Source: Paramoeba atlantica (taxonomy: Eukaryota > Protista > Discosea). From it: DNA of 64,000 nt. How positions within the stretch are numbered: the first letter of the stretch is position 1; each line of letters begins with the position of its first letter. Under the pieces are notes generated by a model. It did not search any database. It saw only the letters and a program-made list of their open reading frames with translations, and was not told the origin of the DNA. The stretch lies in assembly GCA_977017575.1 (NCBI GenBank), contig CDRNVI010000002.1, positions 372,001 through 436,000 on the forward strand, read 5' to 3'. Below, piece after piece: positions 27,884-39,599 of the stretch. Both the position numbers and the translations under genes were made by a program.

Positions 27884-28888
27884 ATGCCCGCAACGCGACG
27901 AGGATCCGGTTTGTGCGACTCTCCAGCGACGCAATCGACACGCAACACAGGGGATGAAAATGTACGAATTCCTTCAGAGTTGCCATCTGCTGAACGGTGT
28001 TCAACGAGAACAGATCTCAAAATACACCTACGCTTTGATCGAGCTGTAGGGTGTTCTCAAATCGCGAAATATATGGGCGAGATTTCTGAAGACGACTGCG
28101 CAGCAGCTGTCCTCGAGTACATAGACAGTGCATTAAAGGCCGCGACGGATACTGAGCGAGTATCTGCCACCAGCCAAATACTAAGTGTGCGTCGATCTCA
28201 AGATGTTTCACTCCTGGAATCTTTGGTTTCGGAAGAAGGGAACCGTTCTGCTCTGGCTACGTTGCTAATTGATCCGCCTAAAGAGGCGAAAAAATTAAAG
28301 GTGCGCGATGAGGAAAAAGAGGGGGGGCAACTTACATCATGGACTGGAACAGAACGACGTCCTAGCCTTGGGGGTCATTTAAGGGTAGCCCTTCTAGATG
28401 GCAACTTTCGGTTTTTTTCTTCCGGGCTGCTACAAACACGGTTCGGGCGTTTTTTCGAATCAGTTTTTCAGGAGGCTGGAAAAGGGATATCACCATCCAT
28501 ATGTCAGGAGTCAGAAGCCATCTCCGTATCCGCCAATCACTTTTTGCTTGAACTCGCGGCCCTTTTCCTTGCCTTTAATGCAAACTCTGATCAAGCCAAT
28601 ACTGGCAAGTGTGTGCAGGCGTGCCGCGAAAACGTGGGTCTTCTTCCGAAAGCGGATCGAATAATACTGCCCCCGTCTGTTCTGAGCGTGAACGGCAAAC
28701 AAAAGCACCACAATTTTTACAAAAGCCAAAATGGACTCCTTGAAGAATCTAGTCGATTAAAGAGGTTCACATTCAGAGGCGACCGCAATGCCAAATTTAG
28801 TCGCGGTCATGCAAGCGGGCAAGGAAATGTGCGACGATCCGATCACGCAGCCTCAGAAAATACAGCGAAAGCTCAAAAGGAGAACTAA
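27884..28888 (+). CDS. Hypothetical protein, 334 aa (host gene or ORF1 of the adjacent YR element)
   Basis: ATG-initiated ORF; no motif recognised. Confidence 0.45.
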   Translation: MPATRRGSGLCDSPATQSTRNTGDENVRIPSELPSAERCSTRTDLKIHLRFDRAVGCSQIAKYMGEISEDDCAAAVLEYIDSALKAATDTERVSATSQILSVRRSQDVSLLESLVSEEGNRSALATLLIDPPKEAKKLKVRDEEKEGGQLTSWTGTERRPSLGGHLRVALLDGNFRFFSSGLLQTRFGRFFESVFQEAGKGISPSICQESEAISVSANHFLLELAALFLAFNANSDQANTGKCVQACRENVGLLPKADRIILPPSVLSVNGKQKHHNFYKSQNGLLEESSRLKRFTFRGDRNAKFSRGHASGQGNVRRSDHAASENTAKAQKEN

Positions 28889-29444
28889 GGAAAACGAAAA
28901 TTCGGCGTTTCTACGATACCATGTTTATTATGATAAGTTAGGGAAAGATGGTTATGGTTTCGAGGTTTTAAAAAGTACAATTGTGGCAAAGGGAAAGATT
29001 CTTGGGGAGAAAAACCAAATGCCACAGGTAATTATTACAAAATATCACCTGAAGAGGGATCTGCACTAAAGGGTCCGCTAGTCTGTTTTATACGGAACAG
29101 AAAATAATTGCTAATCTGGTTACAAATCATTAATAATATATGCGTGGCATTGCTGGTGCCTCATCAATATTTTATGTTATTTTTACGTATAATTTTTAGG
29201 GGTTTTTTCCATGTTTAATATGATGTGTGTCACATCCATCAGACCTACACTTTTTCCCCACCAATTTTCTATTATCAATGCAACGCGAGGAAAGCCCTTT
29301 TACCATATTATTACTCTAGGATCATTATTACTCTAGAATCATTCAGAGCAAGCGCCCGTCTTATCTTTATTCAATTGTTTTACTCAACTGAATATTTCAC
29401 AGAAAAAAAAAACTACACTTTTCAGAGACAAAAGATAAAGTTTT

Positions 29445-31277
29445 GTATGACTGGTCTCAAGGACACTGATGACCACCGAGGTGGTGAAAGAAGCTACATC
29501 GAAAAACTGGCGCTGCAGTCTATTGCACCGGGAACTCAAAAATTGTATCAGAACCGCATTGACACTCTCAAACAGTTTTGTACAATGCATGGGTATGAAC
29601 GCATTACAAAACAAGCTTTGGACATTTTCTCCACTGTCAAGCGTCATGTGGAACTGCGAAATCAACATTACAAGGATACCGCAGCGCTCTACTTTTCTAT
29701 CAAGAAATTACTAATTTCGATCTAGATGAGAGTGAATCCCCTTGGGCGGCAGATCGCGTTATATTGCGGGCGGTGGAGGGAGCAGCGGTTGAAGGTAAGA
29801 TGCACCGCCAGGAAAAGCGTCCTAGAGGTTATAAACCCCCGCTCACAAAAAGTGACCCCCCTCTTTTTTTTTCGTACAAATGTCCGTTTGAGCTGATTTT
29901 TGTTGAATTTTGCAGATCTCAACACAAGGACTTTGCGCGTGAAGAAATGAGACAAAAAGAAACGAATACGCACAATTTAGAGAAGAATTAACATTTTTTC
30001 ACTTTTTCGCCCTTCAATCTTGTACACTCTTTAAGTCGAGAATCAAAACTTAATACTGTTTTGTCGATCACTTTTTGAGTTAAAGAAGACCATGCTTTAC
30101 GTACACATCGGATAAGTGAAGGCTTGTCCGATGGCGTTTGTTCGTCTACCGCCTCTTGGACCATAGACCAGACGTTTTCTATAGGGGAAAGGTCGGGCGA
30201 GTTGGGGGGCCAGTTTCTTAGAACATCACTCATTCGATTCTCAATATACTCTTTGGAGGCACGGGCAGTATGTGCCGTTGCCCCATCCTGTTGAAATACA
30301 CTATTAGGGGGGAAATCTACCTGTTTTGATGTTTCTATGTACGTCTTACTTGTAATAGATGTGTCACTTGGTAGAATAACCAAATACCTCCACCCACAGG
30401 ACTCAAAGTGTATTCCCCGCTAGATTTTTTTTCGTTCAGATATTTTTTGATTATCCTTCTAGAGACGTTAAAATCACGGGATAATTGTTTAATCGGAACA
30501 CCTTCTCCATGTCTCATCTTCAAAAGAACCTTACCACAATCCGTAAGCGCCCCTTTTGGAAGTCGATATGGTGATTTGGTCATTTTTGGAAAAAAAAGTT
30601 GAAAAGTCAATTATTTTTTTTGACTAAATTTTAAAATTTTAAAATGAGCTAAAAACAGCGGGATCGTGCAGATCTCGAAATTTTGAACGAAACAGTGGTA
30701 TGATAACCCACCCACGCCCCCATGTGCTAAAAATAAGGGGGGGTCACTTATTCGTGAGCGGGGGTTTATATCAGAAAGCATGTTGAACGAATTGTTATCC
30801 TGGGTCCTCCCTCTGAAAAATGGTCCTGAACTTGCGCGTGCACTCAAGGTCCAATATTACGCGGCCTTGCGCTCTTGTGAAGTCGAAGGACTCCGTGGAG
30901 GCGACTTACAAGGGGAAGGTGCGTGGGCCTTCCTACATATACGTAGCGACAAGGTTCAAAGGCAATCTTCCGATAGACAACGATGTAAACCACTATCTCC
31001 TATGGGAGCACAAGTAGTTCGAAGCGCCCTTTTAAATGTGGAACATGGTAAAATTGCGTTTCCTGCCTACAAAAAACGTTGCGCTGCTAGGCTTGTAAAA
31101 CAAGCATCCCAAGAGCTAGGGTGGCCCTCCAATGTATGTTTCGACGGCACTCATACTCTCAGACACGGTGGCACAGGTGTGGTCATTGAAAGCGCCGTGA
31201 ATATTATATCAAATGCTCTTACAGGTATGTCAAAACAGGTTCGCCAAAGCCACTACTTGGCTCCCAGATCACAATAA
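29445..31277 (+). pseudogene. Tyrosine recombinase (TATE/Crypton-like), frameshifted and interrupted by a Tc1-like element
   Basis: SAM-like N-terminus (SIAPGTQKLYQNRI); RPRGY|ISESML rejoins across the insertion; ALRSCE, RSDKV, HTLRHGG, SHY catalytic motifs. Confidence 0.8.
29832..30768 (-). mobile_element. Internally deleted DD35E Tc1-like element
   Basis: Both TIRs with TA duplication; homologous to 12884-14228 but lacks the central transposase portion (junction ~30400). Confidence 0.9.
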
Positions 31278-31666
31278 GCTTCTAGCTAAGAAAGTTTATC
31301 GATAAAATGTAAATAATAATGTAATTAGTAGCCTGTTTAACCCTTAAAATGATTAAAAATCATCATACAAGTGATCATGGGCTTTTATAAGAGCAGTCCA
31401 CAAGCGACTACCACTTTCTCCTTTATTAAGTGTTCAATCCGGCGTAGTTAGATCCTGGGTACAGTTTTAATGGTGTTACAGGATTTACCTACGTACCTAC
31501 AAGTATTGTTTGCATCTATTACACTACACAATGCATACTGCAGGTGAAAACATGCATGAGCCCGGAGACAACATGACGTACACCATGTCCATGCCGGTGC
31601 GATCTGAGGGACAATACACTTTACTATACCATATACTATGATCTTTTGGTTTATAGTATGGTTATG

Positions 31667-31718
31667 GCTGAATGCATACACTATTGTCACGCAGTTACGT
31701 GACAGCCTGCCAAAGGCC
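31667..31718 (+). mobile_element. ~52-bp fragment of CRE C-terminus
   Basis: GCTGAATGCATACACTATTGTCACGCAGTTACGTGACAGCCTGCCAAAGGCC identical to ~43841-43892. Confidence 0.85.
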
Positions 31719-32059
31719 TTTGATGTGTATGAGGAATGAGTGAGTGAGGAGACGAGATGACGAGGGGGGAGGCTCACAGATAGTAGGCAATCTGGGGTTT
31801 CTTCTTCTTGCCGTCACTAGCGTTTGGGTGATTTGAAGACTGGCGAGTGGGTGGTCCCCGCCGGGGAACTACCCATTCGCAAGAGAGAGAAAGTTTGAAT
31901 ATTGTTTTGTGGACGTCCATATATCTTTTGTTATCATTATAGTCAGGATAGGAAAGTTGAAAGACATGTAGTTATTTAGTTTTATTTACTTGATGAATAT
32001 TATTTACTTAGGACAATTCTTTATATATTTTGTACAAAGATTTTATGATGAGCAATTCC

Positions 32060-32690
32060 GTTCAGAGCATCTCTTGGCACCTCCGTCAAAGGAGACTCGC
32101 AGTCCCTGAATTGATCTTCCGGTTGTAGCTGAATGGTGGGCGCCGGGGTGCCATTCGTCTGAGCATCAAGGGTTCTCCACGGTTGAGGAACTTGTTGGTG
32201 TAGTATCGCTAAACTCCTCGTTTACTGGAGCTTTCTTCTCGCGTCGACGGAAAATATTTGTCAGCAGATCCTGCGAGAACAGTTTCGAGGGTATTGTTAC
32301 CGTGGAGTTTTTCGCTGAGGCTGGCGGGCTGAGCGGTGGAGGTAGGGATGGTTGTTCCCCGGTGGAAACACGTTCGCCGGATTTGGTGGCTTGTAGCGGT
32401 GAAGTGGGTGCTGGGGATGATGGGGAGTGCGATCCGGTAGAGTTCTGCGAGACGTTTGAACCTGCAGTTAGGCTCTCTTTCCTCATTCTTTCCTGGCGCA
32501 GAGCTTCGTGAAATTTCCAGCGTGCTTCCTTACGTTCTTTCCTTTGCTGAAAGAGTTCTTCGTCAGAGAGGATGCGTGCAGTCGGATTCAGCGGTCGCAA
32601 CACTATGTCATCGGTTGTCCTCTCCGTTTCTTCCGTTTCTTCCGCTCTAGCATCTTTGCCTGGAGATCTGACGGGGGAGCATAGAAAGTT
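32060..32690 (-). mobile_element. Fragment of CRE N-terminal coding region
   Basis: 32060-32260 is near-identical (reverse complement) to 61890-62110. Confidence 0.75.
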
Positions 32691-32692
32691 AG

Positions 32693-33009
32693 CTTGTTGT
32701 TGTTTTATTTTCCTAATCTTTTTCCTCCAAACATGGGCATGCTCACGCGTGCCAAAGCAAAGGAGACTGGCCAGGGGCGTTTCTAGTGTAAATCAGTAGT
32801 TTAGGCTGTTGGTTTAGAGTAGAAGCGTTGGGGCTTAGCGCACCTCGCCACCCGAGCTGCAAACTTCCATTGAAGCGATAAAATTACAAAGCAAAATATA
32901 TAAAGTCCATATTTCATCATCATAAAGAGAAAAAGAAAAAGAAAATCTTGTTGGATAGTTCTTGGATAGTTGGGTTGCTGTTCGTCTGTTGTAGGTAAAA
33001 AAAAAAAAA
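32693..33009 (+). mobile_element. Putative ~320-bp internally deleted mini-CRE
   Basis: SL remnant CTTGTTG, pyrimidine UTR, MGMLTRAKAKETG (CRE N-terminus) fused to QGRF*, 3'UTR-like sequence, A13 tail. Confidence 0.6.
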
Positions 33010-33045
33010 CTTTAACGATAAAGATACAGTTTCTGTACCTTGTTG
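33010..33045 (+). other. SL-like exon, 36 nt
   Basis: CTTTAACGATAAAGATACAGTTTCTGTACCTTGTTG, followed by CTTGTTG and a 5' UTR rather than GT. Confidence 0.88.
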
Positions 33046-33088
33046 CTTGTTGATTTTACGTAGTATTCTCTCGGGGCCCAGCTCTTTT

Positions 33089-33551
33089 ATGACGCAAACC
33101 AATACTCCTCAGAGCCCCGCACGCTCGAACGAAGACCACCCCTCATTCCATATGAGTGCAAAGGAAGGAACTCTCAGCGTAAGCGCTCTCGCCGACGAAG
33201 AACGTGCGCACTCTCTCGGCAGTTGGGACCAATTCCAAGGAAACAAGCATTTGATTCGCGCTGTCAGCACATACGACGAACAACTCTACACTACACCAAT
33301 CCCGGCGAATATTTCTAAGGAATGGTTGGAACGCGCACGTCACATCTCCCAGGAAAAGGAAACCCCAGACACGAGCCACGTAGAGGCCGAAGACGAGGAG
33401 ATGCAGCACTGTGGGGTGAGAAGGCAGAAAATTACTCACGAGGCTACACCCACATCAAAGATCCCCGATGAAGCTCGGACTCTCAAATCCGCAGGCGTCA
33501 GCAGGCGTTCGGGAAGAACACAAGGCAGTAAAAACACTGGGAGCCTATATA
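33089..33551 (+). pseudogene. 3'-truncated retrocopy of an LsmAD-domain (ataxin-2/Pbp1-like) mRNA
   Basis: WDQF..N..L...STYDEQLYTT....ERARHISQE matches the LsmAD motif; SL directly upstream; cut by a CRE fragment at ~33552. Confidence 0.75.
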
Positions 33552-33644
33552 GGAATTCATGCCATGTGTCATCGCGATTTATAGAGACATAATTCGCGCA
33601 AATGGGCAAAGCGTTGTCGCAAGTTTCGAAACACAAACGAAGAT

Positions 33645-36600
33645 GTTTAAGAAACATAGTTTAGACCCCTTTCGGGGCAATACCCATAATCACAATGATA
33701 GTCTCCTAAATTTCATCTCGTATACTTATAAAGAAATCAACTTAATAGGCACTTGCGTACATCCCAGTCTTGCCTTGCGAACTTCCCAGAAACTGGCGTA
33801 ACTGGGCGTAGACTTCGTTTCCATTTAAGTCTTGGAGTAATAACTTGAAGTCCATCTCCACTGTCTTCCTATCCAACATGGCTGCATCCGCAAGTGCATG
33901 TATCAGAAATCTTGTGTTCTGGTGGAGAGAACCGCAAGAAAAGATCGGAAGGCATTGAAACGCGAACTCTGGAATCATACCGGTTGTAACGTAGGTATCT
34001 TTCTTCCGTTTAATTACGTCTTGCATTAGTTTCACGCAAGTTTTAGATTGGTTCGATGGCGCAAGCTCGTGTATTATAGACACGTCGTAGAAGATTTCTC
34101 CGGTGCTCCAGAAAATGGCCAGATCCGGCCCCGATCGGTATAGCTGTCGACCGGTGCAACATTTTTCATGAGTCATTTTATTCTCGGGTTCGACCTTTCG
34201 GCTACACACACCACACCGCCACGCACTGAAGGCTCGCGGCTCTTTTTCACACGGTATCCCCGCCTTATTGGCTAAGTCGAACAGGTATTTCACCAAACTA
34301 TTATGTTTTGTTGTGGCATTAAAACCGTAGCACTGCACGCATCCAGGTATGTGGTGTAGAGCAGATTGACTGTTCAGTATTGTTTTGCACCCGGGGCATA
34401 ACAGCTTCTCAGGTAGACGAGGATGGGCTATTCCTAATCGCGTCATAATGGCCATCTCGAAGTGTCGCGATGGGACGAATCTAGCGGCAGACGTTAACCA
34501 GTCGTAACTTCCCTTGCGAGTAGTGGCGCTCAGTATTTTGGAAATATTTGGATTCTGTCTCAGTCTCTCCAGTACTTCCTCATGCTCTAAGGCTGCGATC
34601 GTTTTGTCATCTGTCGGGGGCTTTCGGTTTTGACCTTCGTTGGCAAGCGCTATATGATTTTCCACTGATCCACTCTGAGCAGAAAAGGATTTTTGTCGCT
34701 CATATGAGGAATACAATGAAGCTTCATACGCTGCTGCGCGAATTTTACTGCAGGACGTCAAACCTAAACCTCCCTTTTTCGCCGGTAACCGAGCCATCTT
34801 GATCTGATTCGCCGTTAGGGATCCAAGCCATGTGCTCAAAACGTCTTCACCTTTCTCATCAAAACAGTCAGCGATCTGCTCAGTGATGTCAGGCGGATGT
34901 ACACGCACTGCGTACTGCATCTTCACGTTTATGCTGTGGGATAATAAACTGAGCGACACATTGTTAAGCCCCATGATCTTCAGCCGACTGAAAGCTAAGT
35001 TATGTTGTTCAAGTTGGCCCGTCAGCCTCTCCGCCACCGTTGTATTCTTGCTAATGAATGCTCCCAACACCTTTGTGGCTTCATTTTCGTTGATGACTCC
35101 CGCATTCTCGAGACATGGCGGAATCGCAATTTGGTTCCTCCCGCCGAACCATACACATTTCTTGGCAGCAAGCTCTATAGATTGTTCCTTGACGATTTCT
35201 TGGAGTCTGCCGAATGCTTTTTCGATGTCGGAGGCATTCATAGATGATATTGTGACGTCATCGATGTATGCGTGTAATTCCACGTTCGGAAATTCCTTGG
35301 CCAGCGTCTCTCAAATGGGTTGCATATAGATACAAAAATAAAGAGAAGCTAACGGCGATCCCTGCCTGAGTCCCGACGAACTTGGCACGACTCCAAACAA
35401 TTTGTTTTCCGATCCGTAGAATAGAAGTTCAGAGGTGCCAGCGTATTCGACCTGGAAGAATCTTTGAAATGGTCGCAACGCGCTAAAGGCGAAAACGTGC
35501 TTTGCTATTTCTTTCCTGCATGGAGAATTAAACGCATTTTTAAAATCAATTGCGAGCATCGAATGACCTTTATTGTAACGCTCACGAAGTTTGTGGACTA
35601 TTCGTTCGCATCCAGCCCGAGCAAATACTCCCTGTTGCATTGGAGCGAAGAGTGGTGCCAGAGTGTGTTCATACCGTTGCATGAGTACTATTCCAGCCAG
35701 TTTGTTGAGAACCTCGCCCATTGCTACGGGACGCACTCCTCCGCCCCCCTTCGGTATGGCGACCAGCCGAGCCCGGTTTAGACGCTGAGTTACATCCTTC
35801 GAGAGAAAGCCGTTTAGAAGATCGCGTATCATGTGACACAAGCTTCCGCAGGACACCTCGTCATCGGTCATGAGGCGCACAATACCGTCGGTCATTCCCG
35901 TAGGCCCGGGGCTAACTCCTTTCGCCAGCCTTTTGGCAGCGCTACGTAGCTCTTCAGGTGTGACCCCAGCCAAGGTGGGCGCGTCTTCGGGTGCCTCAAA
36001 GTCACATGGTTTTTGAGGATGCAACTCTGTTAACTTGTCCAAAACCTCCTCGTCGGACAAATTGATTGATTTAAACTTTTGACTCAATGTTTTTGCCGCT
36101 TTACACGCGCACCCTTCCAAGACTAGTCTCTTTGCTTTGTTAATGGCACGTAAATCCTGGGCAGCATCGCTGTCAACCGTCGCCTTCGGAGTGAAAGGTT
36201 TACGTCTTGTGCTGCGTTTATCCACATCTCGTATTGTCACCAATGATAGTTTCATCGCTGACAATAGCCGATGCCAAATCTGGTTTCGTTGCGCAAAATC
36301 GACATTTGCGTAGTTCCGTATAATATCGCGCAGTGTGGCGACGACGCACGGAATAAATTCTGGACTCACCGTTCGCATGGTTGGGATCGGGAGATGATCA
36401 ATTCCCTCGTTTCCGCAAGTCAAATGCTCCGCTAGTTGATGATTTTCCATGAAAGAGTCTCGCCGTACGGTCTCGTCTATCGAGGGAGGGGCCTGGTGCC
36501 ATAATATACGATAAACTCTTACGGCTTCTTGTGGCGGAAGCGTTCCTTTGAATTCGTCGCCGACGCTGTACCCACGAACTCCTTGATACAACATAGATGA

Positions 36601-38179
36601 TTTCCCCAGACCTCCACGTTTGCTGTGTGTCCGTGTGACTTTCCCGATAGATACGTTGATCTCGTCGTTGCGATCGAATGTCCACACAATCGTGCATTTT
36701 GTTCCCGCTTTGATCTGTTTAGATTGCTTCCATATCTCGTCCCCTGGTATCGGAAATTGGGTTTTAATATTGGCGGTTCCTTCCAAGCTCTCTGCCCATG
36801 CTTCGTCTATATGCCTCATATCTTCCTCCGCTCCATTTTCTCCGATAAATCGAATTCGCTGCTGCGGAACACTCTTCTCGGCATTTGCTGGCTCACCGTG
36901 TACTATGTTGCTGATCCTTGCCAGCTCGGTCAAACGTATTCCGTCTCCCGTGTTGTCGTCAATCAAGTTTGTTGGAGTTGTCAGTCTGGCATTTTCAATA
37001 CTTCCTTGCACGTGATTAGTGGTTTCGTTCCCTATCTGCCTCACGTCGATCTGCTTAAGCAGGTCTTGTGGAGATTCGCAGTCGTGGTAGACAATGTCCT
37101 CTCGCGATGTGATTTCGTCATCCCCCGAGGTTGTACCGCTGATCTTGGTGGGAGTAATCTCGCTAATTTTCTGCGGCGTTGCTCCCTTAGTTAGTCGCGT
37201 CACGTGGTCGTCATTTCTTGCATTGATCTCACTTTTCCGGATGTTCTTGGGAGATTCCTCGTTCTTCTGATGTGTTGTGTGTGCCTCTGTATTCCTTCCG
37301 ATTCTTGCCAAAATCTCCTCATTAACTAAGTTGAGCTTCGGTCTGCGCTTCGGACGGTTCAGAAACTTTGGCTTTCGTGGGGCAGTATTGATCTCCCCTT
37401 CTATGTCTCTTACTCGGTTTTCTTCTGCTCGACTGTCTGGGGTCCGATTATTGCAGTTTTTGTTACTTCCTGGCGTTGTTGCTCCTGGCTTTGTTCCGCA
37501 CATCTTTCCTTCCTCGTCCCTCTCTCGGTCCTTTCTCGATCCCACGTCGTCCGCAGTCGTCGCATTTCGTGTGGCCCGATTTCGGCTGAAGTTGATCAAT
37601 TCGCGCGTAGATGATACGATTTTAATTTTTCTGGGTACTAGCAATGGCAGTGGCAACTGATTATCCACTTTGGACTTCGAGTTTTCTTCCGTGGAAAGCG
37701 TCGCAAGCGGATGGCGACTCGGTGATTGTGACAAAGGCAGCGCGGCTGGAGGGGGAGAAGGCGCGGCGGGAGGAGAAGGCGGCGCTACGGGGGGAGTAGA
37801 AGGTGGCGCGGCGGGAAGAGGGGAAGGCGATCGCGTCGTAGGGAACGACAGCGCGCGCGGCAGAGGAGGAGGCGACATTGGGAGCGGCAGCGCTGGAGGT
37901 GGTGATGGCGCACGCAGCGGAGTAGGAGGAGGTGACGGTAGAGGAATTGACGGCTCGCGCGGCGGCGGTGGAGGCAACGTCGGTGGAGGAGAAGCGCCCG
38001 ACGATGGCTCCCGCCCTAAAGGGTATTTTTTCTTCCGGCGGGTCGGCGGCACGGCTGGACAACGGGAGCTACTCCCGTCTCCTTCGCGCGGCTCCGGGTG
38101 AACATGCCCATGAAGGGTGAGAGAATAAGAAAAGGAAAAAAGACAACAAGGTACAGAAACTGTATCTTTATCGTTAAAG
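33645..38179 (-). mobile_element. Near full-length CRE-clade element with SL at the 5' end
   Basis: SL 38144-38179; ATG 38111 (MGMFTRSRAK) with frameshift ~38055; in-frame TGA at 35311; GVSPGPTG, RPVAMGE, DFKNAFNS, QGSPLAS, YIDD, CPGC, H..GC, TTKH, SGPD, YDVSIIHE. Confidence 0.9.
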
Positions 38180-38198
38180 GAGATGTATCTTTATCGTT

Positions 38199-39376
38199 AT
38201 AGGAGATGACGACACGATCAGTAATCAGCTGCTAGCCTCCCTAGAAAAGCACGCCACGATCTTCCGGAGGCTGACAAAAATGGGTGCCAACAATGCATCA
38301 ATGTTAATCCTCTCCAAGTGTGTTAATGTTAGACACCGATTCCACATCCGAGTGCACCACCCTGACACAACGCGAGCCTTGGCAGAATCATTTGACCAAA
38401 AAGTTGAAGACGTCTTAAAAGTATGGTTCGGACCTCTCAGTGAGGACCAAATTGACCTTGCGAGACTGCCCATAAAACAAGGTGGGCTCGGATTAAGTGC
38501 AACTTTTCCTCTTAGACAATCCGCATACGAAGCAGCAAAACATGCCGTTCTTGAGCGCTAAATTATCCCCTCAGCTCGGGCAGCATGTCACGTGTCGTCC
38601 GCGATGCCTTTAGGCGAAGTTACAGCAAATGCGAGCATTCCCGAGGATGAATTCACGACAGACACACGAATCAACGACATAACGCGCAAAAGACTGTTAG
38701 AAAACAAACAGATGGGCCCGATAATTAAGGCGTGCAGCCAAAAAGGGAGTTCTTCCTGGCTTATGGAAACGGAACGCATCATCAACAAGCAGCAATACAC
38801 TTTAGCCGTAATGCCTCGTCTAGGCATCGCGCACCCACACCTTCCCGAAGAACTCACCTGCCCTGGGTGCAAAACACTGCTCAATGCAAAAACTGCACTT
38901 ACCCATATCCCGGGCTGTGTAAAGTGTAAAGGCCAAAATGCCACAACCAAACACAATGCCCTGGTCCGTTTTCTGTACGATCTATGCTTACGTGCCGGAA
39001 TACCTTGTGAACGGGAACCCCGCCAATTTACCTCGTACACTTGCTCTTCCTGCTCAACGAATGTCTCTCCCGATGGAAAGAAAGAACATGTCAGATCCTG
39101 TCAAGGCGCCACTTTCTATAGATCTGGGCCAGACCTTTGCATTCACTGGGCTACGGGAGAAGTATTTTATGACTTAACAGTCATACACGAGCTCTCCCCC
39201 GCTAACCTGAACTCTTCATGCCAAAGCTTGCTGCGAGATGTCTTCAATCGAAAACAAAGCAAGTACGTAAAATCAGGACTTATTCCCGCAGATCAATTCG
39301 CATGCGTCCCAGTCTTCTCCAGTGGGAGCCTGCACCTCAACACTCGCACTCTGTTGGGCACTCTAGCGGACCCTCA
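38199..39376 (+). mobile_element. CRE fragment (RT thumb to REL)
   Basis: LEKHATIFRRL, LPIKQGGLG, CPGC, TTKH, SGPD, YDLTVIHE; one stop at 38559. Confidence 0.88.
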
Positions 39377-39590
39377 GGGACACCTCGTGTATTACGGTTA
39401 AGTCATAGTAGACCTCGCCGTTGTTCCAATAAATAACGAGATCCGGTCCGGATCGGCATAGCCGTCAACCTGAAAACTCCCCCTGTCTGTCTCACAGGTC
39501 CGCAGACGCGAGCGAAACCTTCTTTGATTGCGTTTCCCCGCTCACGATACAGGTGCAGGAAGGAAACCAGCGCTGGGCATTCGAGTCGCA
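39377..39590 (-). mobile_element. Inverted CRE endonuclease fragment
   Basis: Minus strand reads RSGPDLVIYWNNGEVYYDLTVIHEV. Confidence 0.8.
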
Positions 39591-39599
39591 GATCGCCCG

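Noticed and set aside
33010-33060. SL RNA gene
   Set aside because: No SL copy is followed by a GT intron, and the copies share no upstream promoter; all are followed by mRNA-type UTRs.
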